Positions 12,642 through 24,334 of a stretch of 64,000 nucleotides of DNA are shown piece by piece. The notes under the pieces are model-generated. The model saw nothing but the letters and a program-made list of their open reading frames with translations. It did not search any database and was not told where the DNA came from. The position numbers were made by a program, and so were the translations under genes. This DNA is from Amoebidium appalachense (lineage: Eukaryota > Protista > Ichthyosporea). Each line of letters starts with the position of its first letter. The first letter of the stretch is position 1. The DNA lies in the NCBI GenBank assembly GCA_963693365.1, contig CAVNZM010000011.1, positions 7,801,937-7,865,936 of the forward strand, given 5' to 3'.

Positions 12642-12818
12642 GAGAGCTTTCCATATAGATCTGCTAAGGAATGTTTCCCAAGATGCAGCCAATCAAAGTG
12701 CAGCCGGCTCAGAAGATCTACGCATTCCGTTACAGTGTACCAATCAAATAATTTTAATGCGCTGATTGGTGGATTCCATAGTTCCAGATCTAAGCCGGAG
12801 CTCCTCGAATGGAACCTC
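12642..12818. mobile_element. Short MITE-like element with GAG...CTC termini and 4-bp TSD GACT (Sola2-like signature)
   Basis: GACT at 12638-12641 and 12819-12822. Imperfect TIRs GAGAGCTTTCCAT..TAGATCTG vs GAGGTTCCAT..TAGATCTG (reverse complement), with three CCAAT/ATTGG boxes inside. Confidence 0.5.
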
Positions 12819-13184
12819 GACTGCCCAGCACCCACTAGAGGACCTTGTAAGAATCCTCCGTCAACTATGGCGCCTCGTGTGATGGCGTTGGCAATCCCAC
12901 CCCCCAAACACCAATTAGTTAGTCAGCCATCCGATAGTGTTGCGGGTATTTCGGTGATGGAAAGGTGCATTGGTAGCCGTGCACACGTGGAACACATTGT
13001 GATCAGCAGCGCGTGGACCCTTCATATTCTTGGCCGGTAACAAAGGTTTCAGCGTAGGTGTGATGAAAACTGTGCTGGCAGCATGCATATGCTGCCTTGC
13101 TCTAACCGATACGGTGCATAATAATACACGAGCATGAGACGTGCACCCATACATTTACATGTGAAGGGCTACACGTGCACGTAC

Positions 13185-13424
13185 GCAGCCACAACAGTTG
13201 GTTTGAGCCGGGGTCAAGATCAGTCCGTTGTTGCAGCCACAACAGTTGGTTTGAGCCGGGGTCAAGATCAGTCCGTTGTTGCAGCCACAACAGTTGGTTT
13301 GAGCCGGGGTCAAGATCAGTCCGTTGTTGCAGCCACAACAGTTGGTTTGAGCCGGGGTCAAGATCAGTCCGTTGTTGCAGCCACAACAGTTGGTTTGAGC
13401 CGGGGTCAAGATCAGTCCGTTGTT
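13185..13424. repeat. 48-bp tandem repeat x5, identical copies
   Basis: Unit GCAGCCACAACAGTTGGTTTGAGCCGGGGTCAAGATCAGTCCGTTGTT repeated without spacers. Confidence 0.97.
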
Positions 13425-13604
13425 GCAGCGAACCTTACTGAATGTCACCAGGCAATATGATGCCATCGGACACATGAATTTGCACAGAACCGCCATGTCA
13501 TGGGGGGTATCACATGACTGAAGTAAAGGGAAGTTTGATCTTCTTCTTCATCTTCCTTTTTTTTTTTTTTTTTTTTTTTTTTTGGTTGGTTGGTTGGGGG
13601 GGGA

Positions 13605-13644
<40 letters not shown>

Positions 13645-13959
13645 GAAAGAGGGGGAGGTGGGGTGGGGGGCATGAGGGACCGAGGGAACAAAGGGGAGGG
13701 GGGGAGGGGAGGGGGGAGCTCAACGAAGGGAGGTAAGCGGGGGAGGAGGGGGTGTACACTCCTAACGAGAGGGGGGGAGGGGGGAAAGGGGGGGGGGGGG
13801 GGGGGGGGGGGGGGAAGGGACCCACCCACTCGTCTGTCTGGTAAGCCGCCGGGGGGTGGGGGCGGGGTGGGGGGGGGGGGGCGGGGGAGGGAGGGAGGAA
13901 GGAAGAGCCAAGGCCTCCTAGATAAACGGAGGCCTTGGGAAGAGCCCATCCGAGCGGAT

Positions 13960-15119
13960 TCCAGCTGCTATTTTGATTACACACATTTACATTATCATCT
14001 AAACCTGTACCTATAGTTCCAGAATACAAATATCTTGGTGTTCCGGTTAATTCTGTTGGTGTTATGTTTTCCCATATGGTCGAAAAGAGGGTAGAGTTGG
14101 CTCGTAAGCGGTTAGCTTTCTTCTCGACTAATATTTTTAAAGACACACCCCTCCATCCTTCTATTAGACTTACATTTATTCGCACTTTTGTCTTCCCGGC
14201 ATGTGAATATGGTTTACCCCTTCTCGCCGCTTGGATCAAGAAAGAGAGAACTAGAGCGCTTAAACCCTTGGCAAATTTCCTTGAAGCAGAAGTTGCCTCC
14301 TTTCTATCTAACAACTGTTGTAAACCTGGGCCTGTAACGCTCTCGGTATATGGTCTGGTCCCAATAGCTGTTAGAGTATCCCATCTCGCGCTGAAATTCA
14401 ATAAGCACATAAGCTGCTAAAAGAAGTATTTGCCCTCCCACCCTCTCTTCTCTATCCGACCTGTCCCCTCCTCACCTCTCCCCTCTTTCCTTCCCTCTCT
14501 CTCTCCTTCTCCCCCAGGCACAAATGCAAATAAACCCCGCAAAAGTGTGCATGTGACTTTGGACTGCCACTTACTTATTAAACATGTACACAATCACAAG
14601 ATAATCATGCAATATAACAAATGGAAAAAGATACCACACGACACTAGACCCGATGAAAGCAGACACCTTGAAAAACTAAGCCTTATGTCTCGTTTTATAT
14701 ATAATGACCGCCTCAACCATATTGCCAAATATGGCACTCACAAATGTATAACACCTAAATACATATTACCTTCCTGTAGAACTGGTCTTTCTCTAGCTGA
14801 TGGTATTATTGATCAACTACCACGCTTTTACTACGGTACACGTGCTATACAGTGTAGATCTAATAAGTATAAGGTGGCATCGTTTGCATGCCCAAACAAC
14901 ACACACACACCAGTTTAAACGGTCATGTATCGCCAAATGTAGTTTGATAGACCACATAATACCGCAACACACACACGTCACATTCACAACAGACACTCAG
15001 AAAGATAGCCTACCTGTAAATTACAACATCCTTGATTTTATACTAAACACGTGTAAATACGACCTGTTTATTAGATGTATTGATTGGCTTGAGAAACACA
15101 TCATTACAAAATTCTAACG

Positions 15120-15178
<59 letters not shown>
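13960..15178 (+). mobile_element. 5'-truncated, degenerate non-LTR retrotransposon (RT thumb + C-terminal Cys region) ending directly in (CA)n
   Basis: Translates PVPIVPEYKYLGVP...RLTFIRTFVFPACEYGLPLL...KYILPSCR...CP..H..FKRSCIAKC...YNILDFILN. It contains stops, frameshifts and a C/T-rich interruption at about 14421-14520. Stop TAA 15115-15117 is followed at once by (CA)n. The 5' boundary is approximate. Confidence 0.82.
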
Positions 15179-15180
<2 letters not shown>

Positions 15181-15693
15181 CCAGCTGATACCGAGTGTCC
15201 CAGGGGAGCCCCCCCCCCCCCCTCCCCAAAGAAAAAAAAAGGGGAACCCCAACTAATTGACTTTTCTTAGTCTTTATGGTGTCTCGTAGAGAAAGTAGAC
15301 ACTTATATATAGTCATCACCCGACATCTATGTACGTGATCATGATATACGGCTGAGGGGATATTCCGAGCAAAAAAACCCCATACCTGAGACTGGCCTCT
15401 CTTTGCCTCGAGTAAACAGCGTAAACCCCCTATATCAAATATCACGATCATATTAATTATAGAAATAATAATAATTTGGCAATGTTCTCCCCCCCCCCCC
15501 CCCCCCCTTCCCCCCCGTCCCCCCACTCCCCCGGAGCCCCCATCCGTCCCTCCCCCCACTTCAGGGCTCACCACAGGACGCCGGCCTGCAGGGTTCCCTT
15601 CCGGAGGCATCGTCTTCTCCGGACGTCTCATTCTATGTTTCAGAGTGCTGGGCTTCAATATAATATTGTTGTTCACACGTCCCAAACATCATC

Positions 15694-15705
15694 CCCCCCC
15701 CCCCC

Positions 15706-15749
<44 letters not shown>

Positions 15750-15794
15750 CCCCCTCCCCCCCCCCCCCCCCCCCCCCCCCCCTCCCCCCCCCCC

Positions 15795-15834
<40 letters not shown>

Positions 15835-15860
15835 CCCCCCCCCCCCCCTCCCCACCCCCC
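15694..15860. repeat. Near-pure poly-C tract (about 165 nt; poly-G on minus strand)
   Basis: Seen directly; the length may be inflated by long-read homopolymer error. Confidence 0.85.
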
Positions 15861-16042
15861 GGTCTCACAAAGTGTTCGCTCTGCACCGAAAGACTTGCTG
15901 AGTTCCCTCAGGTTGCACGATCCTTTCTGACCCTTCCCCACCGCATGCATACATCATACACAAAAGCACTTTCAGATTGTTGCACACAGCCCGTGGCCTA
16001 CTGGGGTCACCACATAGTGTTAGCATCCGTAAGAAGACAGTG

Positions 16043-16086
<44 letters not shown>

Positions 16087-16286
16087 GCAAGCTACACACA
16101 TTAATGTACACTCACTGGCTGAATCGACTTGTAACAGCGCACAAGTATCACATTCAAAGTGTCTTCACTTGCTCACTGGCATCACATTATACATTACTAT
16201 ACAGGTAGCCAGGAGAATTACAGGGACACACACACAAGTTGCACACGCATTCATACACATGCTGTGACACCCTTGTACACCGTACG

Positions 16287-16637
16287 GGGCCCAGCCACAT
16301 CGGCAGAGTCAGCTTGCCGCCGAACAGAATTATTCGGCGAAAAGCATAGAAATCCTGCAAAAGGCAGTTATTGTGCAAGGACTGAATTACTCGGAAAAAG
16401 CTAAACTATCCTGCTAAAAGCAGAATTATTCAAGAACAAATCTACTTAGAGAAAGCTGAGCCCTGCCGGGAGCAGAACGATCCTGCATTTTGCAAAACTT
16501 GAAAAAGATTCACCAAGCAAAAGCACATTCGTTCCTTTTGCAGAAAGCAGAACTATTCTGCTTTTGTAGACTATATTCTGCTTTGTGCAGGATAATGTTG
16601 CTCGGAGAAAGTTGACTCTGCCGATGTGGTTCGGCCC
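16287..16637. mobile_element. MITE, 351 bp, 29-bp TIRs, GGG...CCC termini, 4-bp TSD TACG (Sola2-like signature)
   Basis: Left GGGCCCAGCCACATCGGCAGAGTCAGCTT vs right reverse complement GGGCCGAACCACATCGGCAGAGTCAACTT. TACG at 16283-16286 and 16638-16641. The internal motif GCAGAA(T/C)TATTC is repeated in both orientations. Confidence 0.88.
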
Positions 16638-17050
16638 TACGATACATACTCAAAACAGGAAGACACACAAACGTTCACGGACACACCTGCTACGAATGGG
16701 CTCAAAGCACGTGCACATGCGCTAGCACACACACATACTCCCCCCCCCCCCCCCCCCCCCCCCCTCCAATTTTTTCTGTCACACCCCATGTCCCCGTCCC
16801 TGGCTTCCCCCCTGCCCCAGCTGCCGCTGAGTCTCTCTTTTTCTCCACTCTTCGCGCCCCGCCTCGAGATCTCTCTGGCTTATACACTCACATGCACACA
16901 TCACCACCAGCACACCTACAAGCACGCAGTGCCACGTACCTGACTCACAAGTCACAGAATACTCCTGCATATGCGCAAGCAAAGCCGACACATGCAGAGG
17001 CTATTCACGGTGTCACACCATGCGGCATACACCCTGTGCACACCGAGGTA

Positions 17051-17805
17051 CACACACACACAAACTGAGACATGTGCACACATGCCCATACATGTACACA
17101 CACACACAAATTGAGACATATGCACACATGATGATACATGTACACACACACAAATTGAGACATATGCACACATGCCCATACATGTACACACACACACAAA
17201 CTGAGACATGTGCACACATGCCAATACATGTACACACACACAAACTGAGACATATGCACACATGCCCATACATGCACACACATTGGCAAACTGAGACATG
17301 TGCACACATGCCCATACATGTACACACACACACAAACTGAGACATATGCACACACGCCCATACATGTACACACACACAAACTGAGACATATGCACACATG
17401 CCCATACATGCACACACATTGGCAAACTGAGACATATGCACACATGCCCATACATGTGTCACACACACACAAACTGAGACAAATGCACACATGCCCATAC
17501 ATGTACACACACACATTAATTGAGACATATGCACACATGCCCATACATGTACACACACACACAAACTGAGACATATGCACACATGCCCATACATGTACAC
17601 ACACACAAACTGAGACATGTGCACACATGCCCATACATGTACACACACACACAAACTGAGACATATGCACACATGCCCATACATGTACACACACACAAAC
17701 TGAGACATTTGCACACATGCCCATACATGTACACACACACACAAACTGAGGCATGTGCACACATGCCCATACATGTACACACACACACAAACTGAGACAT
17801 ATGCA
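17051..17805. repeat. 44-46-bp minisatellite (CACACAAACTGAGACATATGCACACATGCCCATACATGTA...), about 17 copies
   Basis: Tandem units with a variable internal CA run. Confidence 0.93.
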
Positions 17806-18697
17806 AGTTCAAACGTGCACATGCATGACACACTCACAAATACACACTGGCGTGACATGCACCATGGTGGAATCCTGCGCATTTTAATAGTTGCATTTGT
17901 CTGAAAAGAGCACGACGTTGACACACGCACAGACACTCCCCTCTCCCTGTCACGCCCTCCCTCCCCCCGCCCCTCCCTCTGTTAGTTTGTATGGGTAAAC
18001 GGAGAAGCAGAGTGCACAGATGGGTGTTATGATATACACAACACATAGACACACAGGAAAAACACAACCGGAGAGGTGGAACGGTTTCTGAGACGACTTG
18101 AAATGTTTTCAACTGCTTAATATTTTTTTCAAGATGAAGTCCTTTTTATACGCAGAGATGTGGAGTCGACAAATGCTAAGCCATTCAAAAGAACGAAATC
18201 TAAGAGGGCAAATATGTCTGCTAAGCCAATCAAAAGGACGAAAACTATGAGGGTAAATAAATCGAAATACCTGTCGACACATAGAAGATAAATCGTAATC
18301 TTCTAATGAAAGCACGGAAACATTTACTAAAGCTAAATAAATGAAACCACATATATATCTATTAGTTCACATCATATATTTATACATGTTCCTAATATAA
18401 ACACGTCTAAATATAAGTATTCCTAATAGCTGGAGAACATAGAGCAATTCTACGACGTGAGAAAAGAAGGAAAAGGAATGAGGATAGAAAGGAATGGAAT
18501 GGGAAAGGAATCGAGTGGAATAAAGGAGGAATGTACCTTTCTATATTTGGGGAAATTAAACGAGATCTGATTGGACAACTATCTGACACGTATCCATGTG
18601 TAGATGACACCCCCCCCCCCCCCCCCCCACACACACACACGCAAACCGATGTGCACACACAAACACGCACACACACAGACACCGATGCACACACATA

Positions 18698-18762
<65 letters not shown>

Positions 18763-18824
18763 ACGCACACGCACACGCACACACGCACACACCCACACCT
18801 ACCACCCACACCCACCCACCCACC

Positions 18825-18905
<81 letters not shown>

Positions 18906-19161
18906 ATACTGCCGGAGGGACTGTGTGGTGAGCATACACACCTGCAAATTGATACATGAACATAACACACACACATTGCTACCCAAGAAATTTTGAAACA
19001 CGCAAACACAGTGACGATAACGTTGCACTCATTGAAATTTGAAAGACTGTTTGCAGTGACATACGTTGTACGGCTGGGGGCAAGAGGCAAGAGGGAAGGA
19101 GAGGGTCTTTTTTGTTCTTGTTGTTGTGGTTGCTTGGTCACCGGGTGGTGGTGGTTGGTAT

Positions 19162-19193
<32 letters not shown>

Positions 19194-19223
19194 AGGGGGG
19201 AGGGAGGGCAGGCAGTGGTGGTT

Positions 19224-19254
<31 letters not shown>

Positions 19255-19358
19255 TCCCCCCCCCCCCCCCCCACAGCGGGTCCCAGCACCCCCTCGAGCG
19301 GGTTCGTTTCCTTCCCCTGTGGAAGTACCCAGACGGGACTTCCAGAAGTTTTACTGCT

Positions 19359-19398
<40 letters not shown>

Positions 19399-20131
19399 CG
19401 GCCCCGCCCGCCCGCCCCGCCCAATAATTTTCAAATTCACTTGAATCCCTCATTATTAGGGGTTAGGGAGCACTCAGCGGCTAGTTAGTGTAGCACAATC
19501 ATTAGTAGATACACAAATCCCAAATATAGCTTTTCTTTTTCTTTTCTTTTTTCTTTTGTAAGTGGTATTGGTGGTAATAATGGTATTGGTGGTGATGGTG
19601 GTTGGGGGATTTGTTGGTGCAGGCCGGGGCTCAACAAGTGACAGGATGAGACCTTCTGCATGGCGGTTGCTTTGAGCCAGACCACACTAGCGTCAATTGC
19701 ACAAACATGGTTTGTACCACCTGTGGCCTGTGGATACTATATATGATCTGCTTGCGTCAGAATACTTCATGGTGGCTCACGCGCCAGCACGTGGCAGCCT
19801 GTTTCGACCTTGAGGCGGGCAGGCGGGCGGGTGGGCGGGCCCCGCCGGGGGGGGGGGGGGGGGGGGGGAGGAGAGAGGAGAGGGGGGCGGGAGGGGGGGG
19901 GATACGGCTGTACGGGCCAGAGAAGGAAAAGGGGTAGATGTTTGTCACGTGCAACAAAGGTCGATGGGTGGGTGCTTGTCATCAAACCCCATGGCCCAAA
20001 CTGTATGGCAAGCACCCGCTTATGCATGCCCACGGTCGGTTGCATGTGGAGGCCCAGGCAAACATCTATGCCAGCCAAGCCATGGCCAGCACGGTGGCAA
20101 ATGCTCCCCGTTGGCAATCAAACCTACACAA

Positions 20132-20137
20132 TTTATT
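20132..20137 (-). terminator. Candidate polyadenylation signal AATAAA for RasGEF
   Basis: TTTATT on plus strand about 200 nt downstream of the stop at 20339. Confidence 0.4.
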
Positions 20138-20338
20138 TGGCAGGTTGGTCTTGTTTCCTTGCCTGGCTGCCCAACTCAAACTTTGGCAGCCAGTTTACGT
20201 CTGTGGCGCTGCCAACAAAGCTATTACTTCTTTAAGACAATGTAGTGCATGTTTTACGGCAGGCAAGAAACAGTTTTTTGTGGGTGTTGCATCACTACAC
20301 GTTCCGGATGTGGTTCTGCATTGCCACATGGAGCCATG

Positions 20339-22216
20339 CTACTGGTCGTCGTCTGCGGCCGTGGCCTCGAGGTCTGGGCTGATGGTGCTGGGCATGGCAG
20401 CCACCTGGTAGATCTGGGCCAGCAGGCGGATGCACTTGATCTTGGCCTTGCCCTTGCCCAGCGTGCTGAACGACTTCTTGCTGTTGGCCGTGGCCCACAC
20501 AGAGGCCACCACCCCCTCCAGCTGCAGCCTGTTCATGCACGCAGGCAGGTCCCTGTCCATCACTTCTATCTCCCTCAGCTCAGGCAGGGCCCCTAGTAGC
20601 TCGTCCAGCTCAGCCCTCTGCAGCCCCACAGCTGGGTCCTTTGCAAACCGCTGCAGCAGGCCTCCAGCCAGCTTTTCAACCTCTGCAGCCGTGGTTGGGT
20701 CCAGGCCCCTCCTCCTGTCATCCCTCTTGCTGTCCCTACTGGCCTTGGGGCTGGACTTAGGGCTGGGCCTATCTTGCTGCTGCATGGCCCTGGGCTCCAT
20801 GTCCCTGCTGATGCGGTACAGGTCGTCGTCCTTGACGTCCAGGGCCAGCAGATGCACAAGCTGGGCCATGAGGGCCGGTTGGGGCAGGAAGGAGGGCACG
20901 ATCTCCTGGCAGCGCTGGATCTCCAGGGCATTGTCGGCCAGCATGGCCATCTTGACAAAGTTGACCATGCCCCCGCCCTGTGTCCACGTGGGCTGCCCGT
21001 CCTCCGTGTGGATCAGGTCCCGCAGGTACAGCCCGATGTAGGGGATGCAGAACCCGTTGCGCTCGCTCTGTGCCCGGCGGTAGTTTGCGTAGTTGTGGAA
21101 GGGCGACGTGAAGGCCTTGAGTTCGTCCAGGGCTGCCTGCTTCTTGTCGCTCAGCTCGTCAAAGGTGCGCTTCATGCGCTCCACGGCCGTGTGCTGCAGC
21201 GCCCCGTCTATGGCCATCATCGTGTTGAAGTTGTACATGTCCTGTACACCCTGTCAGTGCCCTTGCCCCCCCATGTAACACATGCCATCCAGACAACAGA
21301 CACCACATTAACCAAGCAGCCCCAAGCCGTGCTCAAAGTTGGGACCTTGCCACTGCCACCCCCCGGGCACCACCTGCTACTTTATAAGCACAAACCAACA
21401 CACTGGCAGGCACCCACCTTCAAGATGCAGGCCAGCTGGCGGAACCTGTCGATGGTGCGGGCCCTCTTCTCTGGGGTGTCCTGTGTGATGACTGTGTGCA
21501 CGACCCACGTGCTGACGCTGTTGAAGTGGCTGATCATGCGCAGCACGGGGCATGCAGGGTCCTGGTCGACCCAGCGCTTGGCCTTGAGGTCTCTCATCTG
21601 GATGGCGTGGAAGCAGTCAAACTCCATCAGGGTCAGCTGCTCGGCCAGGCCGTCCAGGGGCAGGCTGTCAAAGTCCCCCCTGTACTCCCTCTGCCTGCTG
21701 GCCGGTGCACCTCTGGCCAGCAGCTTGTCCCTTCTGTCCCGCTGGTACTGCAGCAGCTTGTCAAAGGTGGTGCGCAGCATGTCGGCCATGTGCGCCTGCT
21801 CCTTGTCCAGCAGGGCATACAGCCCGTCCAGGCGCTGGCGCATGTCTGGGGCCACCATGTCCTGCAGGGTGGGGTCCAGCCAGTGGGGCACCAGGAAGTC
21901 CTGCATCTGTTTCTGCATCCAGAACCGCAGCCCCTTGCACACGGCCCCCTTGATCCGCTCCGCATCCTGCCCCTCAAAGCCTTGAGTTCCATGCCCCCAT
22001 GCCTCATCCTTTGCCCGGTGTGCGCCTACCTCTGCCTCCCTTTCCGGGCAGACCAGCCTACAGCATGTACCCCCTCCCCCCTCCAGCATAGGGTTCATCT
22101 GACTGTTGCATCCCCAGCAAAAATGGCAGCCTACCGCAACAACCAAATACACCAGAAGACCCATGCCACTGAATTCTACATCCCCTTTTGTGTGCAACTC
22201 AACTCTTGTGCAAACC

Positions 22217-22258
<42 letters not shown>

Positions 22259-22442
22259 AAAGGGAAAATGGTGCCCCCCCCCCCCCCCCCCTCCCCCCTC
22301 CCCCCCCCCCCCCCACACACACACTAAAAAAAAATCCCGACCGAGCACGGACCCATAACAGAAACGCGTTCCTGCCTGGTTGCACATTTTCAGCAAATGC
22401 CCCCCCGCTCCCCGCCGGGCCACCCCAAACTGCTGCCAGGCT

Positions 22443-22499
<57 letters not shown>

Positions 22500-23650
22500 A
22501 CACACACACACACACACCTTTCACCCTGACACACACGCATACAAAAAAAAAAAAAAAAAAAAAAAAAAGGAAAGAAAAGACAATGAGAGCCGAGCATCAA
22601 AAAAGGAGCACACAAGATACAATCAAGAAATCCATTACGTACCTTGTGGCCGTTTGGCACGTTGTAGACCTCTATGAGCTTGTCCAGCAGGTCGTGGCTG
22701 GTGGTGAACCACAGGTGAGTGCGCAGCATGTCCTTGGGGAACGTGAAGTCCCGCGGCTGGAAGTCTGCTGATGCGCCAAAGTACCACGTGTAGTGTTCCA
22801 CCAGCCGGTTGAAGCTGACCCACTTGAGCACCCCCGTTGGTGCCCCGTCAGGCCCCACCACAAACTCCACCCGCACGTCCCCGGGCCGGCTGATCTCGTC
22901 CCAGTAGCGCATCTTGCGGTAATGCTTGGTGTCCTCCTCCACCTCACTGCCCCCCTGCACCGCCTGGGCCGGGGCATGTGTTTGGTCCGGGGCCTGGCCG
23001 GCAGCATGGTCCGTGGGGGTGTGCATGGTTGGTGTGGGGGTTGTTGGCTGCAGCATTGGCTGGGGGCGCTGCCATGTGCCGTAGGCGCACTTCTCATACT
23101 CGCTGAGGGCTGCCTCCAGCTGGCTCAGCACGTCACTGCCCTCGCCCTGCAGGTCCACCCCCGCACCAAGCACACACAGGCTGGGCTGGTGGGCGCTGCT
23201 GGGTGCTTGCTGGGTGGGTGGCATGTAGAACCCAGCGGCTCTTGCATGCTGCACGGCGTGGTCTGAGGCGCTGTATTCGATTGGGCCCCGTGCGGCCTGG
23301 CACAGCAGCAGGCCCAGCTGCAGCTCCTGGGCCATCTGCCCGGCCAGGCCCTGTGGCAGGCCCCCCGTGCTATCTGTGGGGTCTGGGCCCATGGTGAGGG
23401 TGGCCAGGGCGGTGCCGAGGCGGGCCTCTATGGCGGCCACGGTGTCCTCTGGGCACTCACTGGCCAGCAGCTGCTCGTAGTCCAGCCTGAGGGCCGTCAG
23501 GGGGCGGTACTGCTGCAGCACAGCAGGGGTCTTTGGCTGCAGCTCCATGAATGTGCGGTGCGTGCTGCTGCGGCACGCCATAAGCTCATAGAACACCTCC
23601 TCGGCCCCACGGCTGAGCCCGCCTGGCTGGCTGGTTGCTAGGTCAAGCAT
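20339..23650 (-). CDS. Ras guanine-nucleotide exchange factor (REM + CDC25/RasGEF domain); exons 23650-22643, 21966-21418, 21241-20339; an upstream (probably non-coding) exon is likely
   Basis: REM-like SFNRLVEHYT..DFTFPKDMLRTHLWFTTSHDLLDKLIEVY..RIKGAVCKGLRFW and CDC25 motifs LAEQLTLMEFDCFHAI, ISHFNSVSTWV..I..PEKRARTIDRF, MYNFNTMMAI, NYANYRRA..CIPYIGLYLRDLIHTEDGQP..MVNFVKM. Phase-0 GT-AG introns. An acceptor (CTGAC..cgcag) sits just 5' of aaaATG at 23650. Confidence 0.9.
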
Positions 23651-24214
23651 TTTCTGCGTGGGGGGAGGGTCAGTGAACACGTCCGATAAACAAAAGTGTG
23701 CAAATATGGTGATGTGTGCAGTGTCTCCTTTTGCTGCCATATAAGACACAAAACCCGTATACACTATGCAGTTCTGTACAGCAGTATGTAGGCACCTCTT
23801 TTTAATCTGACCGTTCAGTAGTAGTATGGTCTACCTCTGCACCAATGTCCCTGGCAAGCGAAATCTGAAGGCACCACAACATCGCAGAAAAGGCCTAGAA
23901 TTGAAAAATATAGAATCAAACAACTACAGCAACGTCTGTAGCCCTCCTAGCAACACTAATTAGGAACCAAAATGATCCTCAGATCACACAATAATAAGCA
24001 TTACAAAATAAAGAAGACACAAAGCTCAGCACGTTTAGTTACATAAAACAGCTCACCATTTGGAGCATACACTCTTTTAGCATCAGGCAGATAGCCACAA
24101 CAACAGATCACAGAAAATAGGTGAAAAAAAACCTTCCCATGTGTAACCATCATCAGCCTCAGATCTGTGCATGATGGATATTTCTTATTGCCATGACATT
24201 GGCAAACCAATCTC

Positions 24215-24334
24215 GGGGTCCGTTCACAGCTGACTGTGCGATAAATAATACTGTCCCCTAACTTCCAAAAAGCTGGGGTCCGTTCACAGCTGACTGTGCG
24301 ATAAATAATACTGTCCCCTAACTTCCAAAAAGCT
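24215..24334. repeat. Perfect 60-bp tandem duplication
   Basis: GGGGTCCGTTCACAGCTGACTGTGCG...CCAAAAAGCT occurs twice head to tail. Confidence 0.95.

Noticed and set aside
13185-13424. CRISPR array
   Set aside because: Units are contiguous and identical with no unique spacers; there are no cas genes and the context is eukaryotic.
16952-17936. Cys/Val/Met-rich ORFs up to 307 aa
   Set aside because: They arise from the 44-46-bp minisatellite; the unit length is not a constant multiple of three.
20430-22677. Long plus-strand ORFs (203-403 aa) as separate genes
   Set aside because: They are antisense shadows of the GC-rich RasGEF coding exons.
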